Source of the DNA: Klebsormidium nitens
Lineage: Eukaryota; Plantae; Klebsormidiophyceae
Assembly: GCA_000708835.1 (NCBI GenBank)
Contig: DF237180.1
Span: 69,542-133,541 of the forward strand
DNA: 64,000 bases
Direction: 5' to 3'
Positions 37,477 through 48,997 of the stretch are shown in pieces (the stretch's first letter is position 1; every line of letters begins with the position of its first letter). Below the pieces are notes generated by a model. That model was not told the origin of the DNA. It worked only from the letters and a program-made list of their open reading frames with translations, and ran no database searches. A program made the position numbers and the translations under genes.

Positions 37477-40400
37477 TCATCTCCTGTTAGTCGGAATGAC
37501 ACCCCCGTAACCGTGGTATCTCATCTCGATGTACAGCTGACTCCCGGCAAATGACAGCAACATACAGATCCACATGGCCGTCACTGAAGCCTCTGCGTTT
37601 GTGGTGCCCAACAAGAGGTGCATAAGAGGCGCCACGGGCCGCACGTATACCACAGAATATCTGCAAACGTGACAGAGGTCAGAGATGCTAGTAAAGCGCG
37701 AAGCTTTGAATCCCCTCGATCGAAGGCCTGATCTTATTCGTATTCCAAGTACGTGGACAAATATCTCCGTTGCATTAACACCGCCCATCAGGCAAGGGCA
37801 AGCTTTTTTCACGGTATAGTCCGTTTCCCGTAAATTTATAAGGGGCTTCCTTAATGGACTGGCGGCTCAGGAATCTACCAAACCCGCAAACCGCAATGAG
37901 AATCTAGGACGTGTGCATATGGTTGGAGGAATCAGCGTATATGAGCCAGGCGCTAAAGCAAACAAGGCCCACCGTTGCTTAAAGCGCTTCGTCTGGAAGT
38001 CAGGACAAACCTCGTCAAAAGGTAAGGATCCAGAACTACGCTTTCACCCTTACGGATTTCAGAATTTTTTGATGAGATGCCTTTCCTTTTATCCCAAATC
38101 GTTCTGAGCAAAGCGGCCAATCGAAACGGCTCTCCTCACCCGATCGCCGCAGTCCTGATCATCCACTCGCGGTGCGCTTGCATCCTCTTCTGCTTGATGC
38201 TCCACAACGCGTTTCCGGCCGAAAACAACCAGGCCGGCGCCAGGATCGCTGACGTCACCACAAAGCCGGGGGCCATTTCGCTGTGGGGGGACATGACGAC
38301 ACCAGTCACCGCTAAAATGGCCCCCGAGGCAAGAAAGGCGTATCCACTCGCCCGGTGGAAAGGGACACGTGTCAGGCGCACACGGTCGATGAACTGCAGG
38401 GGGGCCGTAACGAGGTAGACGAGGGCAAGGAGCGAGTGGGCTTGCCAAAGAAGCATGTGGTCGATGATGCCCTGGGAGTAGGTGCCCGTGTCGGGTAGGC
38501 CGTCTTGCTTGGCTGCACACGATAAGTAATACTCAGTTTAGATTGGTGTTCAGCTTTAGTGAAGTCTAATCTGCAAAATACTCCGGAAGGTATTATTTCA
38601 GAAAGATAGGCGTGGTGATATTTAGGTTTTACACGCCCAAGTTGGAAGCTGTATGTTGTAAGAATCGAGAGTTTGGAATATGCACCGCTGTTAGAACTAG
38701 TCTGCCAGAGTTTCGAAGGAAATGAAAGCTCACAAGGAGTACAGTTGTAGTCACTGTTTACGTGAACGGGAAGGCTTTAGTCCTAAAGACAACGGTCTTC
38801 GACTCGTTGGGAAGAAGCAGATAAACTGCGGACTCGATCTCGTAGTTCATGTCGTTTCCGGCTGCACTGAGATCAAGAGGAAGAACCATCCGTGCATGCG
38901 TGCACAATGATTGCCCGTTCATTGAGCAAGAAGGGAACCAGTCAAGATTGATTTCGGTTGCAATATTCGCCCACGACTTGCTGCAATTGAAAACTACCGA
39001 AGGACATCGACTCAAACCAACATCTGAAGCGCCAATGCCGATTATCTGCATCCAGCGAAGGATCGTTTCGGTTTTCACAAACAATTCGCAGAGGGTGGTC
39101 TGCAAATTGTGTGAAAGCTAGGCCCGTGGACATCTCGAACGAAATCAATCAAAAACGCAAGCCAGCTTGCCACTACTCAGAAAGGAGTAAAGAAGCCAGG
39201 AATATTTCCACGCTTGTGAAGAAGCAGACTTTGAAGCAGAGAGAGCTTGGATGTGCCAAGCCAGTTGGGAGAATTCAATTTCATCAGGGCCCAAGGGGTT
39301 GAGGGTAAGAGGCAAGCTGGCTAAAAGATGGAATATAAACAATCCTATGTAGGCAACCGAGATCGTTTTGAAACAATTCTTTGTGGCACAGATCTCACCT
39401 GGACTAATTTCTCTAATTGCAGGCTCGTATGCCAGGACATAGATCTGCAATGCATCAATTTCAGTCAGTTAGTCATCTCTCTGGCTGACTACTAAAGTTG
39501 AAAAGTCATGCTGATTGCCTTCACCTGCCAATTTTGCCAAAGCAGGGAGCGGCTTGTCAGACCTCAATTGACCTTGTGGATTGCTTTTGAGCAGGACAAA
39601 ATGAAAATTGTCATCAAATAACAAAAAGCACAGTAATTGAAGATGAATAGCCCTAGCCAATGTCAACATGTACAACTACTACGTCCCCCAACTGTGCCCC
39701 CAACTTTCATACCACTGAAAGCTACGCCGAGGTCTTAAGAGGCTAACCAAGGCATTACAAGCTGTTGCAGAGGGCCCTGACTTTGAAAAGGATGTAATGC
39801 TAGTTTGGAGTAATCTGTGGTCAGATACTCAATGGCCTTTCAATGGAAGAGCCTCAATCTTATGTAGGTTCAGAATCTTTTGTTGAGAGTAGAACACATT
39901 GACTGGACTGCATGATGATAAACAAGCTGAAAGAACCTGGACCTCTCTGAAGCACATGATCAAGCAGAAAACTTTTGAGGATCTGTCTGGACGTTGGCCA
40001 AGAAAGGAGCCCTCAATCTCTTTTCGTGAGTACTGCCAACGCGTGCAGCGGAACCATACACACGACTTGTCGAACATTAAACATATGGACTGTACAAGTT
40101 TCAGTCTCAACCACTGAGCGTCAGCCAACTGGAAACTCCAACAATGCAGGAAATAGGCACCACCACTGCAGCCTGCTAAACACAGTACTATCAGCTAGAG
40201 ACAGATAATTCACAATACACGGGTCCCTGTTCACTATGGAAAGGTGACAAGTCTTTTTGATAGAAGGGTAAAGCCTCACCATAGCATACGCAGCGAACGG
40301 GACCGACAGGATCACTGTGGCCCACCACCAGAAGTTTGGCAAGAAAGAGGTGATAAAGTGACGTGCGCGGCGTTGAAGAGGTGACAATCTCGGCTGGTCC

Positions 40401-40525
40401 GCTTCGCCTTTGAGCTCGCTGCGACTTTTTGTAGGTGCTGGAAATCCATTTGTTCCAACATGGCTTGTTGGTTGCACAGTTTCTGCTTTTGAGGCAGCGG
40501 CAGCGTGCCGCTCCTGGACCGCCAT
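37477..40525 (-). CDS. DUF2306-like multi-pass membrane protein, 4 exons, 282 aa
   Basis: Exons 40525-40280, 39444-39399, 38512-38140, 37660-37477 (849 nt). Several TM-like segments with HSLLALVYLVTAPLQF...FHRASGYAF and AHREWMIRTAAIG, the His-containing motifs I associate with DUF2306. Domain name is from memory. Confidence 0.75.
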
Positions 40526-41289
40526 TCTTCTCCAACACGCTGTTGCTAGCTCCTGCTTTCCAGTATCTCCAACCTTGTCAATGTGCAGTGAACAACGGCG
40601 GCAGAGCTCTGCCAAGCTAGCTGCAGATGCTCCTACAGACTGGTTGACTGCGAACGACCGAGATGTCGTTTTCTGCTACCGTACCTGCATTTGATTTCGG
40701 CGAAAAATAAATAATTATTTGGCCGGCTGAAATTTTCAGAAAATATCTTGGGGCGATAATGGTTCGATAATGTATTTTTGCAGGTAACGTCGAGCCTGCT
40801 GAAAGGGATAAAAGTTTCATAATTAACTATTTTGCGTCGAAGGTGCCGAAATCAAATACAGGTACGGACCACGGTACTGGCAGCTGAGGAAGTGCAGCTG
40901 CTCATCTACCGCCTCACCTCCACATCCACAAACGGGTTCTGCCAGATGGTTAATATTGTGACCCGACCAAGCTATCGACGCCAGCTGTGGACTTGAAGAA
41001 CCGGCAGGCCGCGCTAAAGCATGTCGGCTGTCTGCTTGGCGAAGAACCGGCCGCCCCAGCGAGCTTTCTGACAATCCAGCAAAAAGGAACTCCCCAAACC
41101 CGGAAGTTGAACTTGAAGTTGAACCTGCGCTCGACCTTGCGGAGCTCAGCAGATTCAGCTGGAGTCGAGCCGAGCAGCATTGAGCTCGATCATGAAAGGC
41201 TTTATTCATTTTCAGCTTTAGATTCTGGCAGCTATAGAGAGAGATTCAAAATCATAGACGCACTCGGGGACACTTCCTGATCCTGGAAA

Positions 41290-44200
41290 ATGGAGCCCTC
41301 CGACATCACTTCGTTTCTGCAGGCTGCTCTTGCCCCAGATGAGATCGTTAAGTTCCTGTTTAGGGCGTGGCTGATCATTGTGGGCCTGTTCTGGAACACA
41401 TGGGCAGTGCTGGCGCAGAGGTAAGACTTCATTTTCCTCTTTTGAAGCTTTCAGTTTGTTCTTCTCTTGCATGCATGCACCTTGATTGAGGTTCAGTCGG
41501 TTATCAGGGGTTGCTCTAAGATAGACTAACCGCTGCATCAGAGAAAGAAGATCATTTCAATGCTTGGCGTAAGTTTCATGCACAGAAGTACTGGGGCAGG
41601 AGATGCTATTAGAGAACTGCTGATAGTGTCTGGTGCAAGAGATGCTACGAGAACACCGTTGATAGACTTTGGTGCAACATTCAGGTTGAGCTGCAGTTGC
41701 TGGCCAAGAATCATTTATCGCAGTCTATGATTTAAGCCAGTGCCCTCGTCAGCATTGCAACTTTTGTAAGTTATGCCTTGCTTGCATGCATCACATGCAC
41801 TCAGTCTGGTGGTCAAGCGGTGTTTGCGTCTTTAATGCATGGAAGGGAAAATAAGAGTTCTTAGCTGACCCTTAGCACGTGCTCTCGTTCGAGCTGTGAA
41901 ATTTCCCTGGCAGTCGCCTTACCGTCAAGTGATGGGATTTGAGAGGTTTGACCTTCCATATGGTGATGCTGTTAGCTGTGCCCTTTGCAGCCAGAAGATC
42001 TTTCAGAAGCAGTAAATGCTCATTGTCATCTAAGTGATGAGAAGTAAAGCTGACAAGCATATCAACGCCAGACCCATCAATCTGTTGGAGTTCGGCTTAC
42101 TACAGCTGACCCTGATACTCTGGACCCTTTTATTTGCCAGGTTATTCAGCACAGTAGCAGGATTTTTCTGACAATCCAACAACAGTTGTGACCCCTTCGA
42201 ATCTACGAAATGACCAGTTTGTATTCATCCGCCTCTTTTTCACCAGGTGGCAGACCCGGCGCTGGAAGCAGACCCCTGATGCCGTCCACCCGTACTTCAC
42301 CCGTGGCCGCAACTTCATTGTCACTGGCCCCACGAGCGGCATCGGGAAAGAGACCGCAAAGGAGCTGGCCCTGTGCGGGGCAAACGTGGTCCTGGCGTGC
42401 CGGGATGTGTCGGCGGGGCAGAAGGTGCTGAGCGAGATCAAAAAGGAAGGGAAGAAGCACAAGGTGGAGGTGAATGTGGAGGTGAGGCAGAGGACGGGGA
42501 GGACTTTTCATAGTTCCTGGTTCTAAGTGGTGACAGTCAAGTTTGCATGTATCAAGTCTATTCTATATCGATTGGGGCTGTGAGTGAGCCGTTCTTCCAA
42601 GCATTCAAGGACGCCTGCCTCTGCTTGATGGTTGGACAATATTCTTGCCGCTTTCGCGCACCCTAAGAACCCATGATTATGATGCCCTGTATGCAAATGC
42701 ATTCATTCAGAGCCTCTTACTTGGCGTCCCAAACAAAGAAGCCTCAAACTAGAAAAGCAGATTGTCTTTTCATCGACCCACTTTCCAGATCAAAGTGATA
42801 GGCTTCAGCTCAACTTCAACTTCCAAATTTGGATTCACTTTGGAGAAAGGACAGGTGCTTCAACGAAGTCTACAAGGCTGTCTTGATGGTGAATCTCAGT
42901 GAAGCTTCCTGGCAGAATCTTCTAGAACCTTCCAAGAGAAAAGAGCACGCTCTTTCGCAGGTGGTGCATCTGGACCTGCGCTCATTCATGTCAGTGCGTG
43001 CGTTCGCTCACGAGTGGGAGCAGCGGGGGCAGCCACTGCACTGCCTGATCAACAATGCAGGCGTCTTCATTCGTGGCCTCAACTGGGCGCCCATCACTGA
43101 GGAGGGCTTTGAGGAGCATTTCCAGGTGAGCTACTAGGCGTTGCCTAAATGAATGTCAAAACGTCCGGAGTGCTACTAACGATGATGCTGTGAATACGAT
43201 TTGTGACTGAGTTGGATGAGGGAAGAGCCTGGTTGGGCCAAGCATATGAGAGTACACAATGTACTGGGTCTCCCTTGAGCCAAGGCCTGGTTTAGCTACA
43301 GCCTTTCTGAAGTGTACCTCCTAGCGGCCTGGTCTTAATTGCTTCGATGATTCAATCACAATAATTCTTCTGCATCCATCTTAGCAGTCAGCAATGGGTG
43401 TGACTACATTGGAAACGTGACTTGCACCTGTCCCTTTTCGAGTAGTTCTAGATCTAAGATAGCTTGCCTGCCAACTTACTGCTCCCTTTTGTCGACTCCA
43501 GGTCAACTTCCTGGCCCCCGCCCTGCTGTCCCTGCTGTTGCTGCCGTCCCTCCTGCAGGGAGCTCCTTCTAGGATCGTCAACATCACCTCAGAGGTGAGA
43601 TTTCAGGCACTTTCGTCGGGCTGAAGTTGTCCGGCCCGTCGCGTTTGGAGGACAAATACTTGTTAACTTTTAATACTGACCGGTCCTCTTCGTCGGATGA
43701 AAAACTCTATTACAGATAATCATTGGCGGTCGGTTTCCGCGTAATGAAGGTCGAAGCTTGTCATGACCACTCCCCCGCAAAAACAGACTTTGTCCCCGCA
43801 TGTGAAAGCCCGTTAATTTCAAAACACAAAGACTGAGACTAGCTGAATGAGGTTTCTTCTGCGGGAATGTCTCCATACATTTTCTGGTTTTTCCAAGCTA
43901 GATCATAAGCAGCTGTTCGTACAGTTGGTCGGCCGTACATCCTGAGGATCTGAGCGGTAGCCTCTTCTTTACGAGCCTTGGTACCAGATCAATCGGTACC
44001 GATCTGATTGCTGCGGACTCACTTATCAAATTGGGTGACTGACTTTGGTAACGTTAATGGAGCCCGTCTAGAACGTCACCATCCTTCCAATATATGACCA
44101 TTGTTGGGTCGCTTCTGAGGGTCGGCGTGGCACAGCAAACTCGTCAAGTGACGATATGTGCCGTCAGAGTCGAGGCAGAGTGGAAACCGGCGGTCGCGAC

Positions 44201-46510
44201 GCTCTGCGTCTTCTCTTTTTTCCTTTTGAAAGATTTCGAGCGCCAGCGCTTGTGAACGGAAACGGAAGAAGCGTGCGACTTTCTGAGTGACACAACCTGT
44301 GCCCTCGCAGAGCCGCCGGTTCTTGCGCAATTTCCGGCTGGAAGAAGGCCGTTAAAATTTTGCTATCATACCCGGTCCTCGATGTCGGACCTGTTGTCGC
44401 ACCTGTGACTCTGCAGACCTCTTGGCTTGCAACACGGTCGGATTCCTTTGGCTCCATTCTGAGACCTCCCGGCACTCGTCGATGCCAACTGCAGAACCAC
44501 CGGTCTATGGCTCTCTTTGGCTGCCAGTCGACCGCCAGCTTGTCGATGTATATCCCCACTCAGAAATCTTTCCCCAACCCTCCATTTACCTCAAGACCCT
44601 TTCCTAACCGTCGATCCCGCTGCTCTGCAGGGCCACAAGCTCGTGACGACCGTCGATCTAGAGGGCATGCGGCGCGGCAAGGGCAAGCACTGGTACGCGT
44701 GGAGCATGTTTGGCGCCTACTGCCAGAGCAAGTTGGCATCTACCATCTTCAGCATCGAGCTGCACCGCCGGCTGCCGAGTACCGCCCATACGGAGGTGGT
44801 TGCCATGCACCCCGGCTTCTGCGGAACCGAAGGTAGGTTTTGGTCTACTGGGTTGAGACGTCTTTGGTAACCGGACGGGGCGGAGAGAAAAGTTTTCCTT
44901 GTCCGGATTGCAAGTTGCGATTCTGAATGTTTGCCCTCTGCTCCATCCCAATGGAGCGGTAAACGAGGGTCATCTTGGAGGCAACAAGTCTGACTAGCGC
45001 CCGGGTCGTATCGCAGGTTTGGTATTGTTGCAAGCAGAAGCGGATCTTGCACGCAAAATCGATTTCGCGAAAGCGTCGCCCTCTTGACTGTCAGATTGAG
45101 AGCTTTACAAAGCAGATGTCCTGACCGGAAGATAGGACTCCTCACAGATCGTTATTATCGTAATTCAATCTCAGCGATCCGCAACTTACCTGTGGGTAGT
45201 GCAATGGTTTCGAACGATTCACAGACCCTGCTGCTCCGTTCGAGGGTTTCGAAACAGCGCCCATTGATTCCGAGAAGTGATCTGAGAGACAAAGTCGCTT
45301 AACGTAATACTTTTCGTGCCAGGCATCCGCAACTTCCTGTGGGTGGTGCAATGGTTCTACAAGGCGCTCGGCCCGCTGCTGGGCATCTTCCTGACGTGCA
45401 ACGAGGGCGCGCGGGGCCCTCTTTTCGCGGCGACGAGCCCGGTCGTAGTCGCGCAAGCCAGGAGGCTGCGGGCGCTTCAGTCGCGGAAAGGGCCCTACTA
45501 TAATGCGGGGGGGTATGCAGAGACCGTCGGCCCCCAGGCTCAGGTAAGGCACTTGTGCGCTTCGTCTTGTTGGCTCTTTGTTTCTGGTGAAGGAGAGTGT
45601 TAAGTGTTTCTGTTGTAGAGTATCCGATTTCTGGGGGCTTGTGATTTACATTGGCTTCTCCGGCAAACGGGGGTTGCTCCAAAGAACTGATATCGGACCC
45701 TGGTTAGGAGAACTCGGGTTCTGATGTGTGTTGAAATCAGAATGGATGGTGGACGGAGTTTGGTCCTAAATTTTCGAACTAGCTGTTTGTTTGGCTGATA
45801 TAAAAACTTCTTAAATCATGAACGTTTTTGCGCTAAGCGTTGAGCATCAGCTTATACTCGGCGCCGGACCGCTTCGGCGACCCCAGAGCCAATATTAGAT
45901 TTTTCCTTCCACGATCAGCCTTAGAATAAACGCGAGACTTCTACCAAGTCGGTAAGGTATCAAAGTCTGGTCGAAGGATAAGCTGTCTATTTAGCCCCGC
46001 GCTCGAGAATGTCGTAAACTGGCGTCAAACTCGGGCCCTTCGGCCCGTAAAACTCAGTTTCTTTTTACGCAAAGCTTCAACGTTCGCTCGCATGTTGGAT
46101 TGAACATACTTGTTCTTCCGTAGCTCTGCATTCTTTGTATTCAAGGAGTGGCACTCTTGAACGGCCTCGGATTAACGTCAGCTTATCTGCTACTTCATTT
46201 GGGTGAAGGTTATTCGACATTGAGCAATGGCTTACGTTATCGTGTCGCTTTCATTTCGCAGGACCCTCGCCTGGCTGCGGAGCTTTGGGACGAGACGATG
46301 CACATCCTCAATCTGCCCACCGACTATGTGGAGCGGAAAGTTTCCGCTCACCTGAAGAGCCGGCCGGAAACCGCAGGGAGGGAGGCGGAAATGATCGAAG
46401 CGGAAGCCATGAACGTCACCTTGCCGGAGGAGAATACGGGGTGGAGCAGGCTGGTCGGATACGTTCCTCAATCCTGGTTCAAGTGGGTCAAGTGGGTGAA
46501 ATGGTTGTAA
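41290..46510 (+). CDS. Short-chain dehydrogenase/reductase, retinol-dehydrogenase/Tic32-like, 7 exons, 431 aa
   Basis: Exons 41290-41420, 42247-42481, 42961-43125, 43502-43594, 44631-44832, 45323-45543, 46262-46510 (1296 nt). FIVTGPTSGIGKETAKELA, LACRD, LDL, LINNAG, EEHFQVNFL, RIVNITS, catalytic YCQSK, HPG; N-terminal hydrophobic anchor. Confidence 0.9.
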
Positions 46511-47947
46511 AGTGGGCAAAGCTTGTGTAATATTCTCAGTGCTTCTTGACTTAAGAGCTATTGTAGGCTGAGGTCGTGGTAATCGACAAGAGGGGATATG
46601 CTGTCATTGATCGGACTTTGGTAGGCTAGTAGCTTCGCGCACGCGCAGTTTGACACAAGAAGAGGCTCGTAGAGCATATGACGCCATTGCATGTACGGCA
46701 TGTATAGATTGCCATGCATATACGCACCTTTCTTTGCAATGTAATTTGAAAGCATCGAAGGTTTTCTTGAGGATTGAGCATTTGGATCAGGAATTGCTGT
46801 TTAAAGGGCAGTGATCAGTATATCAATTTACAAGTTAAGAGCACTATCGTTTGACCTGAACGATAGTGCATCAATCTTGCCAGGTTGATGCAAACTATCT
46901 TGACCGGGACCCACTACAGTAGATCTGTAGACGTCTGACTGGACTGTGTGTTTTTTATAAATTTGATCGAGCCGCCACTTACCGGATTTGACATCAACGC
47001 TTCCCATTCCTTGCATGGGCCTGTCATAGTTTTTCTAAAAACTGGTTTGGAGGAAAAAAGAATACGTGCAGTGAAAATGGTTGTAGAAATGTCTACATTT
47101 TCTGAATGTATGAATCGATCGAACCTCTACTTTTAGGAGGATGTATAGCCTGCCAGGCAAACATGCGTTTCTTTCTCCTAAATTTCTTATCAGGATATGT
47201 CCGTGTTCTAGAGGCGCATCTAGGGGGTGGTCAGGCTTGCCGCCGTCGCCTGTCGCGCATGGGACCCATTGCCATTGGAGCCTGGAGGCTGAAGAAGGCT
47301 TATACAGTAATGATCGGATCATCATACATAACCGAGGTCTGTCATACTGGAATCTGGATTCTGAACATTCAACACTCCCATCCGACATATCTGCTTGCAC
47401 CTTTTGCCATGACATGCATTATTCACATGCTCCGAGTTTAATGATTTCAATCAAGGTCCGGACTGCGGAAGATCAGGGCGAAAGCTGTCAGATCGTACGG
47501 TCGTCACCATGCAGCCTGCAGGTCTACCGTCTCCGTCGGAGTCCGGAGTCCGTCCAATCATCAAATTGTCAGTCCGTACCATATCGAGATTCGGCGCCCC
47601 GAATTACGGGCTGCAAAATCGGGCCGGGATTGCTACCAGGCTTGCAGCCTGCAGGTCCGTCGCGACGCGTCGTCCAGAAATGTGGCGCAACTGCAACATC
47701 TGGCGAGCCTCATGGTGCTGCTGCCGCCAAGAGAGCAAAATGCAGGCCGCCGCAGGATCCATGAACTTGAAGCGGCATCCATGACGACGTACATACGTGA
47801 AGGACAGGAATGAAGTCAGCTTGGGATTGCGTTAAATAGGTACGTACTTCGACTCTTTTGAGTGGAGGCCCCTTGCTTAAGTGAACAGTAGCTTGTGCCA
47901 GCAACGTGCATGAGAGAATAGCATGGTAGCAGGGACGGTAGCAGATC

Positions 47948-47991
47948 TCGATCTGGACTTCTTCTCAATTCGATCTGGACTTCTTCTCAAG
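47948..47991. repeat. 22-bp tandem duplication TCGATCTGGACTTCTTCTCAA(T/G)
   Basis: Two adjacent near-perfect copies. Confidence 0.85.
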
Positions 47992-48997
47992 GCGCCAAAG
48001 TCAACAGGTAGCTCAACGATCTCAATGCTGCACCTAATTGAGTGTTGCTAACTCCAATCAGCAAGAAGGGATATGTGGCAGCCAGCTGGACTAGCAGACT
48101 GGACTCTTGTGAGACAAAGCAGCAAGTCATTGATGAGACCTATAGGGCTACAACAATTGGGGATGTATGACGATGATTGACGGCCAATTACATACTGGAG
48201 ACCGACAAAGTTGACTCTGCTCAAACTTCTGTGCGCGGCTCAGATTACTATGCCTTACGCGCAGAGTCTACAAAGGAACCTGCGAGATTCCATGCTTATC
48301 TGAGAGTAGCGAGCTATTGAAATCAAGAGCCAGCAATTTTTTTTGGGCAATGAACGGATCAAGCAATAAACAACCACCCCCTTTCAATTGATGCAGCTTT
48401 AAGTCATAACTAGCTGAGAATCTTGCTTGATGCATCAATCCAGGTGAATCCATCTGCAAGTGATGGATTACTACGGTACCGGTCTTGGATAGCAAAGAAG
48501 CTCTGAATTATTACAGATCGTTGTGGAAGGGTCCAAGGGAAGTGAGACGGTATGTTGGACCTGGTGAGCTGCAAATCTTTTTACTCTTTTGTACTAGGAA
48601 GCGTTCGTCATGTATCTGATTCCCCTCGTCATCGTCATTGCCTGAATGGACCACATTTCGCTCCCTTATGATTGCATTCTCCAATCTGAAGGTGATTGCA
48701 AACCACTGGCAAAAGTAAACACCCAGATTGCAAGCTGGATGATTGCCACAGGAAGGACTCAGCTGCGGCAGTCTCAAATGATATTGGGCTTACGTCTGAC
48801 CAAGTGCTGAACGTACTTAGTCTGGCACGACAAACGCATAGGAACTCTTTAAGCTGTCCCTTGTGCAATGTATTTGAAAATGGGTTGCAAAGTCCTCTGA
48901 CCCTGAACTCAGCTCGTAAGCGCCGGTAGTGCCTTCTCCTTTGCAACAAACTGTGCTGATGGTGTCAGTTGATGGTCACAGTCCTCCGCACTTGCAG

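Noticed and set aside
40950-41280. ORFs 40987-41280 (+) and 40950-41180 (-) between DUF2306 and the SDR
   Set aside because: They lie in the shared promoter/5' UTR region; the SDR frame starts convincingly at ATG 41290.
45845-46060. Small GC hairpins (CGC-TTCG-GCG; CGGGCC-CTTC-GGCCCG) in SDR intron 6 suggestive of a repeat element or structured RNA
   Set aside because: Stems are only 3-6 bp, with no TIR/TSD pair and no second copy in the window.
47141-47764. 207-aa plus-strand ORF and overlapping ORFs upstream of the RhoGAP
   Set aside because: No recognisable domain and no consistent exon chain; it may include 5' exons of the fusion gene but cannot be supported as a gene.
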